A stretch of 61,688 nucleotides of DNA, the filler included, from Globobulimina sp. (taxonomy: Eukaryota), in NCBI GenBank assembly GCA_003354225.1. It is 21 parts of 21 records of this genome, joined end to end, with 100 filler letters (N's around TTAATTAATTAA, not from the genome) between each part and the next. Parts side by side here need not be neighbours in the genome. Positions count along the whole stretch, not along the records: positions 1 to 2,845 come from PIVH01004649.1; positions 2,946 to 5,790 come from PIVH01004650.1; positions 5,891 to 8,734 come from PIVH01004651.1; positions 8,835 to 11,678 come from PIVH01004652.1; positions 11,779 to 14,622 come from PIVH01004653.1; 16 more parts are not named here. One strand, given 5' to 3'. The stretch's first letter is position 1, and the number at the start of each line of letters is the position of its first letter. The notes below the pieces were generated by a model. It did not search any database, was not told the DNA's origin, and was given only the letters and a program-made list of their open reading frames with translations. The position numbers were made by a program, and so were the translations under genes. This document shows positions 1 to 13,263 of this stretch, in pieces.

Positions 1-2845
1 CGGTTCAATGCCGCGATAAAAGGCCTGAACCTGGTAATTATAAAAAGACTCTTTGGTCAATACAATATCCAACAACTGCACAAAACACAGCGCATTCCCG
101 GCCTCCCTCAACAACGTAAACACGCCTTCGCGCAACGCCGGGTACGATTTGATGTATTTCAACATCATATCGTAATAACCATACACGCCCAACACGCCAT
201 AATAGGCAGACTGCAACTTCATAGGGTCCAAATTCTTCAATATCTCCTCCACGTACGGCGAGATGTCGCGGATGATGATATGCGCCACGGTCTTCACCGT
301 CTCGTCCACCAACAACGGCATGCTGTCCACCCCCATCATCTCCACAATCGAGGTCAAGTGCTCGATGCCGAAAAAGCCGCGCGTCACTTTGAACCGCTGC
401 AACAAGATGGACGTAAAGCGGCTGCCCCACAAATACAACGAGTCGATCTTCTTGAACGATTTGGGCCGCTCCAAGCTCACAAAGCGCCGCGTCAGCCCAT
501 TGAAGATGTAATTCCTCAGCAAATTGGTGAAGATCTGGTTGTACGTCGTCAAGAATAAGCGCCCCCGGTAGGAGCCCACCGTGGTATCCTCGTTGATTTC
601 TTGCAAGATATTCTCGAACGAGTCCAAACCGGCCAAGTGGTCGTGCAACATCTCGCAAGTTAGCCGCAATGTGCGCAGTAAATGCCAGATCTCCATACAC
701 GAAGTGATCACAGACGACTCGTACCGATTGATGATCACTTCCACGTTCTCGCGGATGAACAGATTCAACTGCTCCGTTAACAGCGACTCGATATCGATGA
801 CGCGGCCCAAAATCTGCACGTGTTTCTGCGAGAAGATGCTGTTATATCTGGCCAAGGGAAGCTTCATTTGAGAGCCTAACTTTTTGACTCCCAAGCCGCG
901 CTTCAATTTGTTGTAGAAATTCTTGTCCAACAGCACCAAACTCGCCTTGTTCTTGTAGTAATCGAAGATCTTTCGGTACAGCGTGAACATCAACTGATCG
1001 AACACCAAATTCACCTCAGCCTCCACCTCGTCGAAGAGATGTTGCTGTCGGAAGCCCGCCGGCGATAAGGCGTACGCTGCGCAGTCGTTGTAGATGGACA
1101 GCGGGAAAAACACATTGGGCGCCAACGACGGCGTAGACATCGCGAAGTCCGTCAACATCCACGGGAGGCTCATCGCGATGGGGAACTGTATACAGTCCGT
1201 CATATTCAAATAGAATTCGCGGTACCATAGACACGATAAGTCGGCCGATTTGTTGATGGTTTTGTGGTAATTGCTGACATAGTCGCATTTGCCTAATACG
1301 GTGTATAAGTCGGTAAACGTTTTCACATCGGACTTGCTGAAAAAATTGCTGCCCATAAAGCCACTTTGCTGCCACGGCACGTCGGGCGAAACCACGTAAA
1401 ATAAAATGCGCCGCAACAACAATAACTGTGTGCGCGTCGGATAGACGCTGCGATGATTAATGCTCTGTTGCTTGAGATTGCGGTTGATTTCCTTGTCGCG
1501 TTTGCCGCGATAGTCGGCGCGCAATATCTTCTCATTGTTGTTGTCGGCCACAATCAACCTCGCGGTTAATAGCAACGACTCTAATAATTCCTTCTTTTTC
1601 TTGAAGGCTTTGTTCAAGGGCCACACTATGGTTTTATGCACAAATTCTTGCAATGCGCAGTGCATATAACTGGCAGTCACGACTCGCATTCGCGTCTCTG
1701 ACGACAACAACAAATTACTTAAGCCTTTGATCAAGCCGATGATTTCCACCATGGCATATTTCAACTCATTGCTGTAATTGAAGCGTGTGATCTGTTCATA
1801 CACTTTGTTTTTACCGCCGCGCCCACCCAATATCAAATACTCTGACTCTGAGGTGGGATTATTCGATTTGTACACGAATTGTTCGCGCAATTTGGCGGTC
1901 CAATCCCCGATCAATTTCATGCCACGAATCACTAACTCGAAGCCGCGACCGTATAATTTGAGATCGATGCGACCGCTCTTCTCCTTCTCATTGGCGCGCA
2001 AATTATGCAAAAAGGTGCCAAACGCAGTGGTGAAAGAGATGTAATGGTCCTGTATGGTTTGCCGCCACCGGATCAAATCGTACGTTTTCTCGTGCTTTTT
2101 GTCCATCCATTGGCTGCTGTATTGCATGTCTTTGGTGAAGTTGTCGCAAATGGACAAGGCCATGGGGACCGTAGTATGGATGTCCATGAACACGGGCAAA
2201 ATGGGTAATTTCTTGCATACGTCGCGGATTTTGTTAATATTTTTGAAGTATTTGGACTTGAACACGTTCAAACCGCTCGAAGCGTCGTCGGTGAGATACA
2301 AACTGGCCAATATGCAGCGATAAAGCATGTGTTTCTCCTCCGACACGATGTATTTGTGCGTTTTGATCATATCCATGCATTGGTTGATGATGATGGAGAA
2401 TAATTCCTCGCGGTGGGGGATGGCGCCGACGTCCTGTTTCAACTGCCATAATATGATATTGTTTGGATGCGTTGGGTCGTTTAAGAAGTTGTGGACTTCG
2501 GTGATCTGAGCCATTAACTCGCCGCTGTTGGATAGGATGGATCGGATGAAGGAGAAGGCGCGTTTATAGCGACTGAAGTCGTTCTTAGTTTGGCCCTTCA
2601 TATCTTTTAAGAGATTTAAAACGAAAAACTTGTCAATTACGCGGATCAAAATAGTGATATGATCGCGCCAAAGAGGCTCTTTTTTCTCTAAGGGGAAGAT
2701 CAATAATCGGATGTTTTTGATGAAGGATTTGACGAATCGCGCCACGAACTCCATCAAGCCTTTGATTTTGTTGATGTGCGGCGTGATGATGTCGAAGACG
2801 GTTTTGTAGAGCTTCTTCTTCTCTGCGTCCTCGAAGTCGGCAGGG
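1..2845 (-). CDS. CYFIP: CYFIP/Sra1/PIR121 (WAVE regulatory complex subunit), internal fragment, open at both contig ends
   Basis: Not in the ORF track. Manual minus-strand translation gives LLKDMKGQTKNDFSRYKRAFSFIR, RYNSIFSQKHVQILGRVIDIESLL and VFTLLREAGNALCF, matching CYFIP motifs LKNMKCSVKNDHSAYKRA and RHVQLLGRSIDL. Confidence 0.92.
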
Positions 2846-2945
2846 NNNNNNNNNNNNNNNNNNNNNNNNNNNNNNNNNNNNNNNNNNNNTTAATTAATTA
2901 ANNNNNNNNNNNNNNNNNNNNNNNNNNNNNNNNNNNNNNNNNNNN
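2846..2945. other. Artificial contig-joining spacer (44 N + TTAATTAATTAA + 44 N); first of 20 in the window
   Basis: The same 100-nt block with stops in all six frames recurs about every 2.94 kb; contig lengths fall from 2845 to 2840. Confidence 0.99.
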
Positions 2946-5482
2946 TCATTAAAAAGAAATGAAATAGAAACAATATGCAATGACAACTATTCAGACTTTA
3001 TCTCATCCATTGATGAATTATTAGGCGTACAGTTATCTGTAAATGAACTACAAAACAAAATACATTCATTAAATGGGGAGATCCAAGCAAATGGCAACAA
3101 TCTACAACAAAAAATCTCCAATCTATTAATACTAAAACAAACCCGAAGGAATATGGACATTACCATCAACAAATTGAATCGTTTAAAATATATATTATTA
3201 TTAATGGATAAAATCCGTGATATGATGCATAAAAAAAAATATATCTCAGCCCTCAAAAACTTAAATCAATTGACATCGCATCATTTGATACAATTACAGG
3301 AATACTCCGTCACGCGGAAAATATGGGATTCTGTGCATATGACAATGGAGAAGATCACAAAACAGGTCGACAGCAATTTTGATGAATGGATACATGGCAT
3401 AAATAAACAGGGGAATACATTAGGTATTACTCACTCGATTAACATACAAACAAAACTCACTGCAATACTCACAAAAAATAATCAGGAAAATTAGCGTTCG
3501 AACAAACGAAAAAATACATTCAAAGCCTTCAAGAAAAAGAAGAAAATGACAATGAAAACGAACAAAACGACGTTAAATTGTTTGGCTTATTTATCACTGA
3601 CGAAAACGAAGAAAAATCCAAAGCCATTATCTCCACCGCTGAGCAAGAAAAGGATATCGATTTTGGAGGAACATTGTTTGAGAAAATCGAAAATCTGGAC
3701 TTCAACGCCATTTATCAATGCATTCACATCCATGAAACTTTGGGCAGCATCGACCAATTTGTGACTCGTTACAGCGACTTACGCAAAAGAACGCGATTAA
3801 AGATCTTGAACGAAAGCTTAATTCGCATGGACGGCGACGGCAAAAAGAAGAAAAAGCGGCGAAAATCGAAGAATAAAACTATTATAAACAATGATTTTTT
3901 CTACAATTTGTGCGGTTTTTATGTGATTCAACATGCGGTGTCCAGCCGCTATCAGCAGCTCATGAATACGGAGCAGGTTCAGACAGAATGGGATCAAAGC
4001 TGTAAAACGTTGACTTTGCGCATCAAAACAGAGTTGTTGTCCACTTGCAAGTTACCGAACGAATTGATATCGATTAAAAATAATGTGTTTATATTAAGCA
4101 AAGCGATGACGAATTATGATTTCAATCGAAATCATATCATCTCTTTCTTGGAAGAGCTACGCATTCAATTTGAGCAGCGCTTAATTGTGGTGTTGGGGAA
4201 AAATGTGAAAAGCATATTATTGAAGGACAAATTCCTTCCCTTCACAGTGCAGAATATCCAGGATTTTGAGTGTATCGAGGCGTATAACTTAGATGTGGCG
4301 ATACAGGATAACAACGAGCGGAGTCCACAGCATATGGGCACTATCCGCGAGGAGGATGATGATAAGGACGATATATATTACGAAGAGTCGGACTTCCCCA
4401 AAGTTGTACCGTTTTCTGTGTCTGTGCCGATGATCTGTGGCTATTTGGACGATTTTATTACATATTATGAGAATTATAGTCAATATTTATCTGATATGGG
4501 TCCTCATATTCGACAGTCGGTGGAATCTGCGATAAAAAACGTGATTTGTCAGCAGCTGAGACACGTGATCTCGGCGAGTAAGCACGAAAACGTGCAGCAA
4601 GCTCAAGTTGGCAATGCGCAGCAAGCACAAATAAGTAATACTGCAGCTGGCATGAACAGGAAGTTAGAGATTGGAGAGTTAGCGCAGTTAGCTGTGAATG
4701 CAGCGTATTTGGAAAAAAGTTGCAAGTTTTTCGAGCGGGAGTTGGCCACTGAAGATCAGATCAATTATACGGATAACAATAAGAAGGATAAGTTAGTGAT
4801 TGTGGATGATGGATCGGAGCTGATTCAGATACCAAAGATGCACGAAGCCCGCGATGCGTTGAAGTCGGTGATGAGTCAATGTGTGGACGCTTTGTTTGAG
4901 AGATTGGGTATTTGTGTGGAGAATATATTGAATAAATACATGTGTAGAATCAATTGGTGTGCTGACAAAATCAACAATAATATCCATGAATGGGTGTATA
5001 AATTGCTTGAGTTTCTGGACAATGTGTTGAAGAATAAAATAAAATATTTGCCGGAACAGTATCGGGATTCGGCGTATTTTATCACAATGGTTCGGATTAA
5101 GCAGTTTATAACGACGTTGTTTACGCAGAGAGAGATGGATAACGGCATTAAGAGATGGAATATTATCTCAATGTATAATTTTAATTTGGATATAACTCGG
5201 TTGGAGACGTATTCGCGACAGACTTTGGTGCCGGATTTGTATCAGATCTTTAAGTCATTGCGGCAGTTATTGGATTTGCTGTTGTCTGGGAAGGAGATTT
5301 TGTTGTATTTGAATGAGGAAATTCGAATGGAAAAGTATGGCATTGTGGAGACGCATCACGTCCGAACTATGTTGGAAAAATATAAGACATTGGGATTCCT
5401 GAATAAATTACCAAAACATATTAAGGATTTAAATAAGAAGACTGTACAACAAATGTTGAAAAATTTAAAGGATATGGATTGA
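2946..5482 (+). CDS. EXOC6: Exocyst subunit Sec15/EXOC6, 5'-partial; intron 3424-3485
   Basis: IETICNDNYSDFISSIDELL and DFNAIYQCIHIHETLG motifs. Removing the GT-AG intron joins the ORFs as NTLG|KLAFEQT. Confidence 0.88.
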
Positions 5483-6010
5483 GTAAGTTGCGTTTTTTTA
5501 TAATTCACTTGTTTGTTTTGTCATTTTGGATGCTTTCGGTTTAATTTTGATTAATTTCCACGTTGTTTATAACGTTTTTCGTTTTTGCTGGACCGGAAAG
5601 TTGCATTTTAAAACCCTGGCTGACTTTACTGTATTTTCTGAAATTTTCAGACAGTTAACTAACAATGGCGCGACAGGCGCGTCCACTCCCATTCGCTCAA
5701 AAAATGAAATTGATGAGAAACCAGCAACATTACGAGAAGAAACCAGCAACATATACGGTCATATGACAACGCTATACTGTCAGATAGAAANNNNNNNNNN
5801 NNNNNNNNNNNNNNNNNNNNNNNNNNNNNNNNNNTTAATTAATTAANNNNNNNNNNNNNNNNNNNNNNNNNNNNNNNNNNNNNNNNNNNNAACAGACACA
5901 AAATACCGAAAAGCTGCACGTCGCATTGTGTACATGTTTCCGCTTCTCCGAAAATAATAATAATAATACAAAACAAACTTTAAGTTTATAATTCTCAAAC
6001 ACTTCAAATC

Positions 6011-7774
6011 ATGGCCGAGCCTATTGAAGCATGGCTAGCATGGACAATTTATGGATTGATCGTTTTAATAGTAATTGCATTTTCCGTCTGGTTTGTAACC
6101 TATTACAAATTACGTGGCGAGCCAGCCGGGGTCACAGTCGTAGTGGGATTCACTTCCATATTATTTGCATTATTATCCTTATTTTTAATCCCCATCGATG
6201 TCTACATGTGTCCTGAATACGGCGGGGATAATGATTACAGAGACACTGCCAAATTTGTATATTATGGCTTTTACTCCATATTTTTATTTTGTTTGTTCGT
6301 TGCCATACCATTTGGATATTTTTATTACGAAGAATTAGGTGATTTGCAAGATAAATCCAACACATTCACCCAAAAAGCATGCAACGCACTCAAATATGCC
6401 GGAATCACAGCCGTGTTATGGCTCACTTTAATCATAATCGGTTTATTTGTCAGCTTCAATTCCTCCGCATCAGACTCAGGAAATAACGAATGGACACACA
6501 AAATTGCAGACTCTTTCAGCTCCAATGTAGATGGCATAATGCCATTTTGTATCGCAGTCGTGACTGGAATCGGTATGTTCTTCAGTATGGTGTACACAGC
6601 CTATGGTTTATCAGCATTCCCCATCTCATTGTTCCAACCTATCATTACTCCGCCAGAGGAAGACCCCGTTCATATTCAAGTTGAATTAAAACGTGTGTCT
6701 ACAGACTTAGATATGTTATATACGAAGTATCGAGGACACGACACCTGGCCTCCACAGGAAAAAGCAAAGCGACATGAATTGGAAAAGAAGAAAAAGTTCA
6801 GTACTTTTTGTTTTTTGTTAATTTCTGTTCGAAAATGCGCAGTATACTGATATTAATATATATATTGACACTTGCAAAGGGTGTTAACCATAAAAAAAGA
6901 GAGAGCTGATTCGAATTTAAGCAATGGAGACTATCCGAGGGAGACTTGTTGTGAAAAGGCGGGGCGTTGTTTTTGGAACTCTGCCGCTCCGATTCGCTAT
7001 GTGTTGGGGATTAGTTTGGAAGGTTTTAGTCTTTTATTGATTGTGTCCATATTGATGCATATTATTGATCAGGGAGTGAATAGTTCGTGTGGCTTAAAGT
7101 GTGGTTTTGCATTGAATGACCCTAAGATTTCTAAATATGATCCGGTGAGTTGGATATTAACTGCCTCTGCGAGCTATTTCCCATTGGATTATGTAGTGTT
7201 TACGGCGGTGTTATTTTGGTTGTTTTATTGCACAATTTATGGCATTGTGCGGATTGATGTGCGGTTTTTGTGTTTTAAGTTGTTTTCATTGCGGCCGCAT
7301 GAGACTATGCATAATGCGTTGTTGATGGCCATTGGATTCTTGTTGTTGATATTAACTTCGTTTAATTATTTGATGTATACTTTGGCTTCGCAGTATATTA
7401 CATTTGGTGACCAAGTATGTGTGTACTTTTGTGGCAAATATGATAATATTTTTGATAAAAATAGGGAAACGACTGTTCGATAATATGTGCTGAGACGGAT
7501 ACACATTGTGTGGAGTGTGAAGGGTCTGAAATATATTATTTATTGTCTGGAATATTAATCGGAATGCCTGTGTTTGGATTGGTATATTTCGTATTCAGTG
7601 GTGTTTTTGTGTTGGTTTTCTTTGTATCTTTGGTTTATAATTTATATAAAAAACCAAAAAAAAAGAATCTATTATTACGAAAACGCAGTGGTATGCTTCT
7701 ATGGTATATATATTATTAATCGTAGACATTGTTTTTTTTTTACAGATGATTTGGAGGCAATATTTAGAGATTGA
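6011..7774 (+). CDS. LMBRD1: LMBR1-family multi-pass membrane protein (LMBRD1-like lysosomal cobalamin exporter); introns 6796-6879, 7415-7464, 7691-7745
   Basis: LFLIPIDVY, IPFGYFYYEE, YTAYGLSAFP, FPLDY and QYITFGDQ motifs; three GT-AG introns restore one frame. Confidence 0.85.
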
Positions 7775-7956
7775 AAGTTGAAAATATAATCATTAATGAT
7801 TTAATCACATGTAACAAATGAAAAAAAAATTAATTTGTTTTGTTTTTGCTATTTACTTATCCATTGCACTTTTGTTATTTAGTTTTTTATTGTTTGTGAT
7901 ACATAGCATAATTCATATTAATTTAAATTACTTAAAGTTACTAAAGTCATTCACAA

Positions 7957-8734
7957 TTATTGGATGGCTAACAATTTACGCTTTTCATCAGGAATTTCAA
8001 TGTCAATCTTTTTGAATATATCATCAGACTGCGCAAAATATTTTGGATAAATCATTTTAAAATTCATATTCATAGCTTGTTTTAGATATTTTTTTGATTC
8101 CTCATATTGTTTTAATTTCGCGCATGAAACAGAAAGTTGATACAAAAATTCTGGAAATTGTGGATGTAATTTACATAATATCACAAACGATTCCTTTGCT
8201 ATTTGATAATCCCCAATTTTTAAACAATGCAAACCGTAAAAGTAATATGGATTTTGATATCCATATTTTTGCAAATGTTGCTGTGGTATTTCCTCAACCA
8301 TTTTCATTAAATTTTTAAAATACCGTTGTGATTTTTTGGTCAATCCCTTTTCCGAAAATAAGTGTCCACCAATCGTTAATACATCAAAATTATTCGTGCC
8401 CAAATAATTCATAATTGAGTGTTTATTGACCGATAACAACTTATCTAATCGGTACGCTTCCAGCCAATATTCATGAGCTTTCTCGAAATTGCCAATCTTT
8501 ATCATAAATAAAATATATTCATTCAACATCAATATTTGCATCGAATGATCATCTTTGACATAAAATTTATCTTTGTACAACATCATTTTCTCAAAATAAT
8601 ATAACCCGCGATGATATTCACTCAAATCGCTATAAATTACTCCTAAATACATATTTGCAAATATATGCGATAACGTATTTGGTTTCTTGCGTCGTAAATA
8701 ATTGTTATAATGTATCTGATCTTCGATTTTTTTG
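7957..8734 (-). CDS. TPR-repeat protein, 5'-partial
   Basis: TPR-like helices (YYFYGLHCLKIGDYQIAKESF, LYQLSVSCAKLKQYEESKKYLKQAM); frame open to the contig edge. Confidence 0.65.
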
Positions 8735-8835
8735 NNNNNNNNNNNNNNNNNNNNNNNNNNNNNNNNNNNNNNNNNNNNTTAATTAATTAANNNNNNNNNN
8801 NNNNNNNNNNNNNNNNNNNNNNNNNNNNNNNNNNG

Positions 8836-10382
8836 GATCGATTACAGACTGATTTATGGACGTTTGAATGGATGTGGTTCTTTAAGATTTGTGACAAAGT
8901 TATCCAAACAAAAGAAAATCAACAAATTAATATTGATGACTGGGTGGGATATATGATGGTTGTGGTTGAACATCGCCCGGATGGTATTTTTAATAAATTA
9001 GAAGCAGTCAAACAATATAAAGCTGCAAATGGCATTTATTATAAACATATAAAGTTTACGCAGATTGAATGTAAAATAATATCGCTTGCAATTTCGACAC
9101 AAAATGAATTGATTAACAAAAATATTAAAAATTTCTTGTGTGATGCGTGCGGTCAGAGGATGAAAAATGTTCGGTTGAATTGTACAGAATGTGCAGATTT
9201 TGATTTATGTGGTGATTGTAAAGAGTTTGAGAATGATAAACATAAAAAAGAGCATGGGATGAAAGAATACGATATTAAGGATTATATGCAGTGCGATATA
9301 AATGAATTATCGTCAAATGTTATTGAATTAAGAACAGAAATTCTCGAATTGGATGGTTGCACTGCTTGGGATTACGATGAATTAATGAAATTAGTCGAGA
9401 AGAAAGCAGCAACTGTGATATTAGAAAAGGGATTGAATAAGTTCCCAAACAATGCGTTACTGCGACAACATCAAGTTATCAATGTCCTGCAAACGAATGA
9501 CTTTGTCGGTGCGTGTAAGCTAATCAGTGATGGGGAAGGTATGTCAGCAGAGGTGGTTAGTAATGTATATCAGGCATTAATTGGTGTCAGTGCCGATGCA
9601 GCTTTTCATATATTATGTGTTGGTGTTGATAGATTTAAAAATGACACCATTTTATTATATAATCAAGCCGAAGGATATGGAAATAGGCAAAAATATTTAG
9701 AGGCTATTGAGGTATGTATATGATCTATTTTTTGTTATACTGTTTCTTTTTAATAGTTTCATATTACGGTAAGGTTGGTTTGCATTTAATTGATTGCTAT
9801 AAACAAAATGAAATTGGTGAAAAAGCGAGAGCTTATATATTGATTGCTAAATATCATGCAAATTTAGGACAATTTAACGATGCAATTAGTTTATTTGATA
9901 AATGTATGCAACTCACTCAAAACAGCCAAATACAGCTTGCAATACAATGCAACCAAACAGCAAAAGAATATATTGTTAAATGTAATGAATTAAAAAAAGA
10001 AAATGCAAACAAAACCATTGTGCCAAATTATTATTGTGATGCATGTAGTAAAAAAATTGAAAATATAAGGTATAATTGTAAGGAATGTGCAGATTTTGAT
10101 TTATGTGGTAATTGTAAAGAAAATGGATTTGAAAATGAAGCACATAAAAATAATCATAAAATGGAAAAATTTGGCGATGAAAATAAAAATGAAAATGAAG
10201 AAAAGCAGCAACAACAACAAGGTGCATATTATTCGTGTGATGGTTGTAATAATAAAATTGACTCAAAACGATATCATTGTAATCAATGTGAAGATTTTGA
10301 TTTATGTATTGGTTGTAAAGAAAACGATTTTCAAAATGATGCACATAAAAAAGAACATAATATGCAAGAAATCAGTGTGTAA
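8836..10382 (+). CDS. Protein with three ZZ-type zinc fingers and TPR repeats, 5'-partial; intron 9712-9773
   Basis: Three CDxC...RYxCxxCxDFDLCxxC...H...H motifs; TPR ARAYILIAKYHANLGQFNDAISLFDKC. Confidence 0.85.
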
Positions 10383-10516
10383 CATATGATTGCCTTTTTT
10401 TTGTTGTTTACTATAATTTTTGTTGTCTCTGAAGTCCGAACGAAACAATTTTAATGTTGTTACTAAATGAGTTGCATTCTAAAGCTATACGACATAGGTT
10501 AGAATTTAAAAAAAAA

Positions 10517-11558
10517 TCATATCCATTTCCAAATTCTTGCTTTTTTATATGGCGGTTGTAAATGGATAGGAATTTGCCTCGAGATCCATTTATTTGAATT
10601 CCTATCAAATAATTCTATATTACACATTTTGCGATCATCGCCAATCCAAACAATATAATTATTCCATATGGAACAAACACCCATATGATGCTCATAGTTT
10701 GTTGCCGGTAATCGATACCATTCGTCTTTAAATACATTATAACAATCAATATTTTTATCTCTTCGCAGACCACCAATCACCAAAAAAGTATCATACTTAT
10801 CCCAATATAAACCATCACACCGATAATTATAATTTTTCATATTCTTCACTTGCATCCATTTCCATCCCTCATCACCATCAATATCCACATTCTCTGCTTC
10901 TTTCTGCAACACATAACACGTATTATGCACACTGTAACTGTCTTGTCCTCCGGCAACAAATACTTTGCCTAATCTCTCCACCGACGCTGAGGCAAAATAT
11001 ACATTTTTGCGCGGCAATTTAGGCAAATATCGCCACTCATTGCTCTTAAATGAATATAATTCCACAGAGTCCATTGCTTCGACTTGGTGTCCGCCCAAAG
11101 TGATACATTGATATTTATTGTACATTACAGATATGGCATCACTCCGTGTATCATGGCATGGTGATAGCGCATAAAAACTATTCTCATTTATCGAATATAA
11201 CTGACATTCATTGATTGCAATTCCTTTCTTCTCATTAAAACCACCAACAAATAATATGTCATTTGTATTATAGCCACGATTTAAAACACTACAACGAAAT
11301 GTAAATTTGTTGTTTTTATATTTTATTGTTGTTTTGATTAATTGTAATAGGCGGATTTATATTGATTGTATTTGGTGAGATCAAATTGTAGATTTGTAGT
11401 CGATCCATAAATATTATCAATATGTCACCTTTGCCATAATATTGGCAAAGCATTGAATATAATACTTTTGGCACTTTTACTTGATGATAGCGGGACCAAT
11501 TTACAATGATGTGACATAATATTTGTTTCATAGTTTGCTTCGGACTTTTAGCTGCCAT
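10517..11558 (-). CDS. Kelch-repeat protein with an N-terminal box motif; apparent frameshift near 11320
   Basis: GG...Y...W..LP Kelch blades (LFVGGF, ITLGGH, FVAGGQ, LVIGGL). The upstream ORF 11316-11564 is in another frame and no in-phase GT-AG intron was found. Confidence 0.72.
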
Positions 11559-11784
11559 ATACAATAAATTACTAGCGCAAGGTTTTTATTTTACTCTTCA
11601 AGTACGTGTTGGGAAATATATTTTATTTACATATACAATGTAGCATCATGACCTTCAACACTTTCATCATCATCATTTNNNNNNNNNNNNNNNNNNNNNN
11701 NNNNNNNNNNNNNNNNNNNNNNTTAATTAATTAANNNNNNNNNNNNNNNNNNNNNNNNNNNNNNNNNNNNNNNNNNNNTCTCGT

Positions 11785-12027
11785 TTAATTGATATATTTC
11801 AGATTTGTAATTATTTTCAAGTACTTCTTTGCATTGTTCTGATTCTTCTCCAGTAATAACTTCTTTTGCTGATTTCCCTTCAAGTCCTTCATAATTTCCA
11901 TGGCTAAGTTTGTTAGCTCATCGTCTGATGGATCGAGGTTTGGTTTATTTTGTAAATCTTGCATGATTTGCATTGCCATTATGGTTAACTCTGCGTCGTC
12001 GAAAGAGTCGGTTGGATGAGATAGCAT
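11785..12027 (-). CDS. Small hypothetical protein with an internal ~23-aa duplication
   Basis: DDAELTIMAMQIMQDLQ and DDELTNLAMEIMKDLK repeat. Confidence 0.4.
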   Translation of the reverse strand: MLSHPTDSFDDAELTIMAMQIMQDLQNKPNLDPSDDELTNLAMEIMKDLKGNQQKKLLLEKNQNNAKKYLKIITNLKYIN

Positions 12028-12394
12028 TGTTTACGCACAGAGAGTGGTGGGTTCAAAATGAAAACTCCAGCAGCTTAAAATGGAACTTTCTGTTCAGTTG
12101 ACAGGTAGGATTAATCCGACCATGGCAAAAACCGCAATTTTGGTGGTCTGATGAACAGAAAGTCCAAGCAAATATTTGCTTAGTTCCATACAAAAAGCTG
12201 TTTTTAATCTTAGTATACAAAATATTTGCTATAACTCAGCTATAAAAAGTATACAGTATATAAATTATATAAAGGTACGTAATAAAAATTAAAACAATTA
12301 ACTATCAATATAGATATATATGTATGGACACTAGACACGACACACAGAGCACTTTACAATCATTAGAAGAAATATATAATCAACAGAATATTCA

Positions 12395-13153
12395 TTAGTC
12401 ATTACATTGCACATTATGTCTTGGAGAAATATTTGCGATGGTTGGCACTGTTTGCGATGGATAATTACCATTTTTATTTTTATTTTTGTATTTTTTATTT
12501 TTCAAACGTGCTCTTTTATGACTTTTATCGATATCTATTCTGTATTCTATATGTAACTGACCGCAATTATTTTTCATTAGTACTGGTGATGATATTCGCT
12601 TTGATGAACCATTTTTCTCAGTTTTTTTCTTTTTATGTTTTCTCATTAATAATTTTGTAGCTTTCTTAGTTTTTTTTGGTGATTTTTGCGTGAAATCTGG
12701 TATCTGTGATGTTCGGTGTTTAGTTTTTTTATTTCTTGGTGATATTAATGATGATACACTGCATATTGATGCTATTATGCTACAATTGCTTGTGGTGGAA
12801 GAAGGTATATCAATCAATGCTAAATTATCTGAAAAACATGTGTTTTTATTATTTGTTTGAGGAGAAATTGGAGAAATGGAAGCAATAATTGATTGATTGA
12901 AAGTATCATTTGCAGAGAATGTAAACGGTGAATTCCAAGCAATAATTGGCGACAATGATGGTGGATAATCATTGTAAATCATATCATCAGTATATGATGG
13001 TGATGATATATATGATACGGTCGGTTTAATAGCAATCTCATTGTAGCGAATGTTGAATTTATCAACATATAAATCATTTGGATCTGCAATTGCTTGGGAA
13101 CTTAAATTGATAATTTCTAACGCTAATGATGTTAATTTTGTGCCTGTTGACAT
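12395..13153 (-). CDS. Hypothetical Ser/Pro-rich, Lys-rich protein
   Basis: About 250-codon ORF in AT-rich DNA, with repeated ISP motifs; no recognised domain. Confidence 0.5.
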   Translation of the reverse strand: MSTGTKLTSLALEIINLSSQAIADPNDLYVDKFNIRYNEIAIKPTVSYISSPSYTDDMIYNDYPPSLSPIIAWNSPFTFSANDTFNQSIIASISPISPQTNNKNTCFSDNLALIDIPSSTTSNCSIIASICSVSSLISPRNKKTKHRTSQIPDFTQKSPKKTKKATKLLMRKHKKKKTEKNGSSKRISSPVLMKNNCGQLHIEYRIDIDKSHKRARLKNKKYKNKNKNGNYPSQTVPTIANISPRHNVQCND

Positions 13154-13263
13154 TGCACAGCCAAAAACTTTCACAACAACTACAAACATTTAGTTTTCAC
13201 ATTAAGTTAATGCATGCCAATAATTGCATGAATAAACGTTACTGCCTAACAAAAAGAAACAAA

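Noticed and set aside
38-2509. Many listed ORFs in the first contig
   Set aside because: They are shadow frames of the GC-richer CYFIP coding sequence, whose true frame is unlisted because it is open at both ends.
2846-2945. Regularly spaced TTAATTAATTAA as a biological repeat or CRISPR-like array
   Set aside because: It is embedded in N runs and is a concatenation linker; ORFs ending in X...LIN are artefacts.
12082-12165. C/D box snoRNA call
   Set aside because: CTGA lies next to the stem, but there is no RTGATGA C box on either strand.
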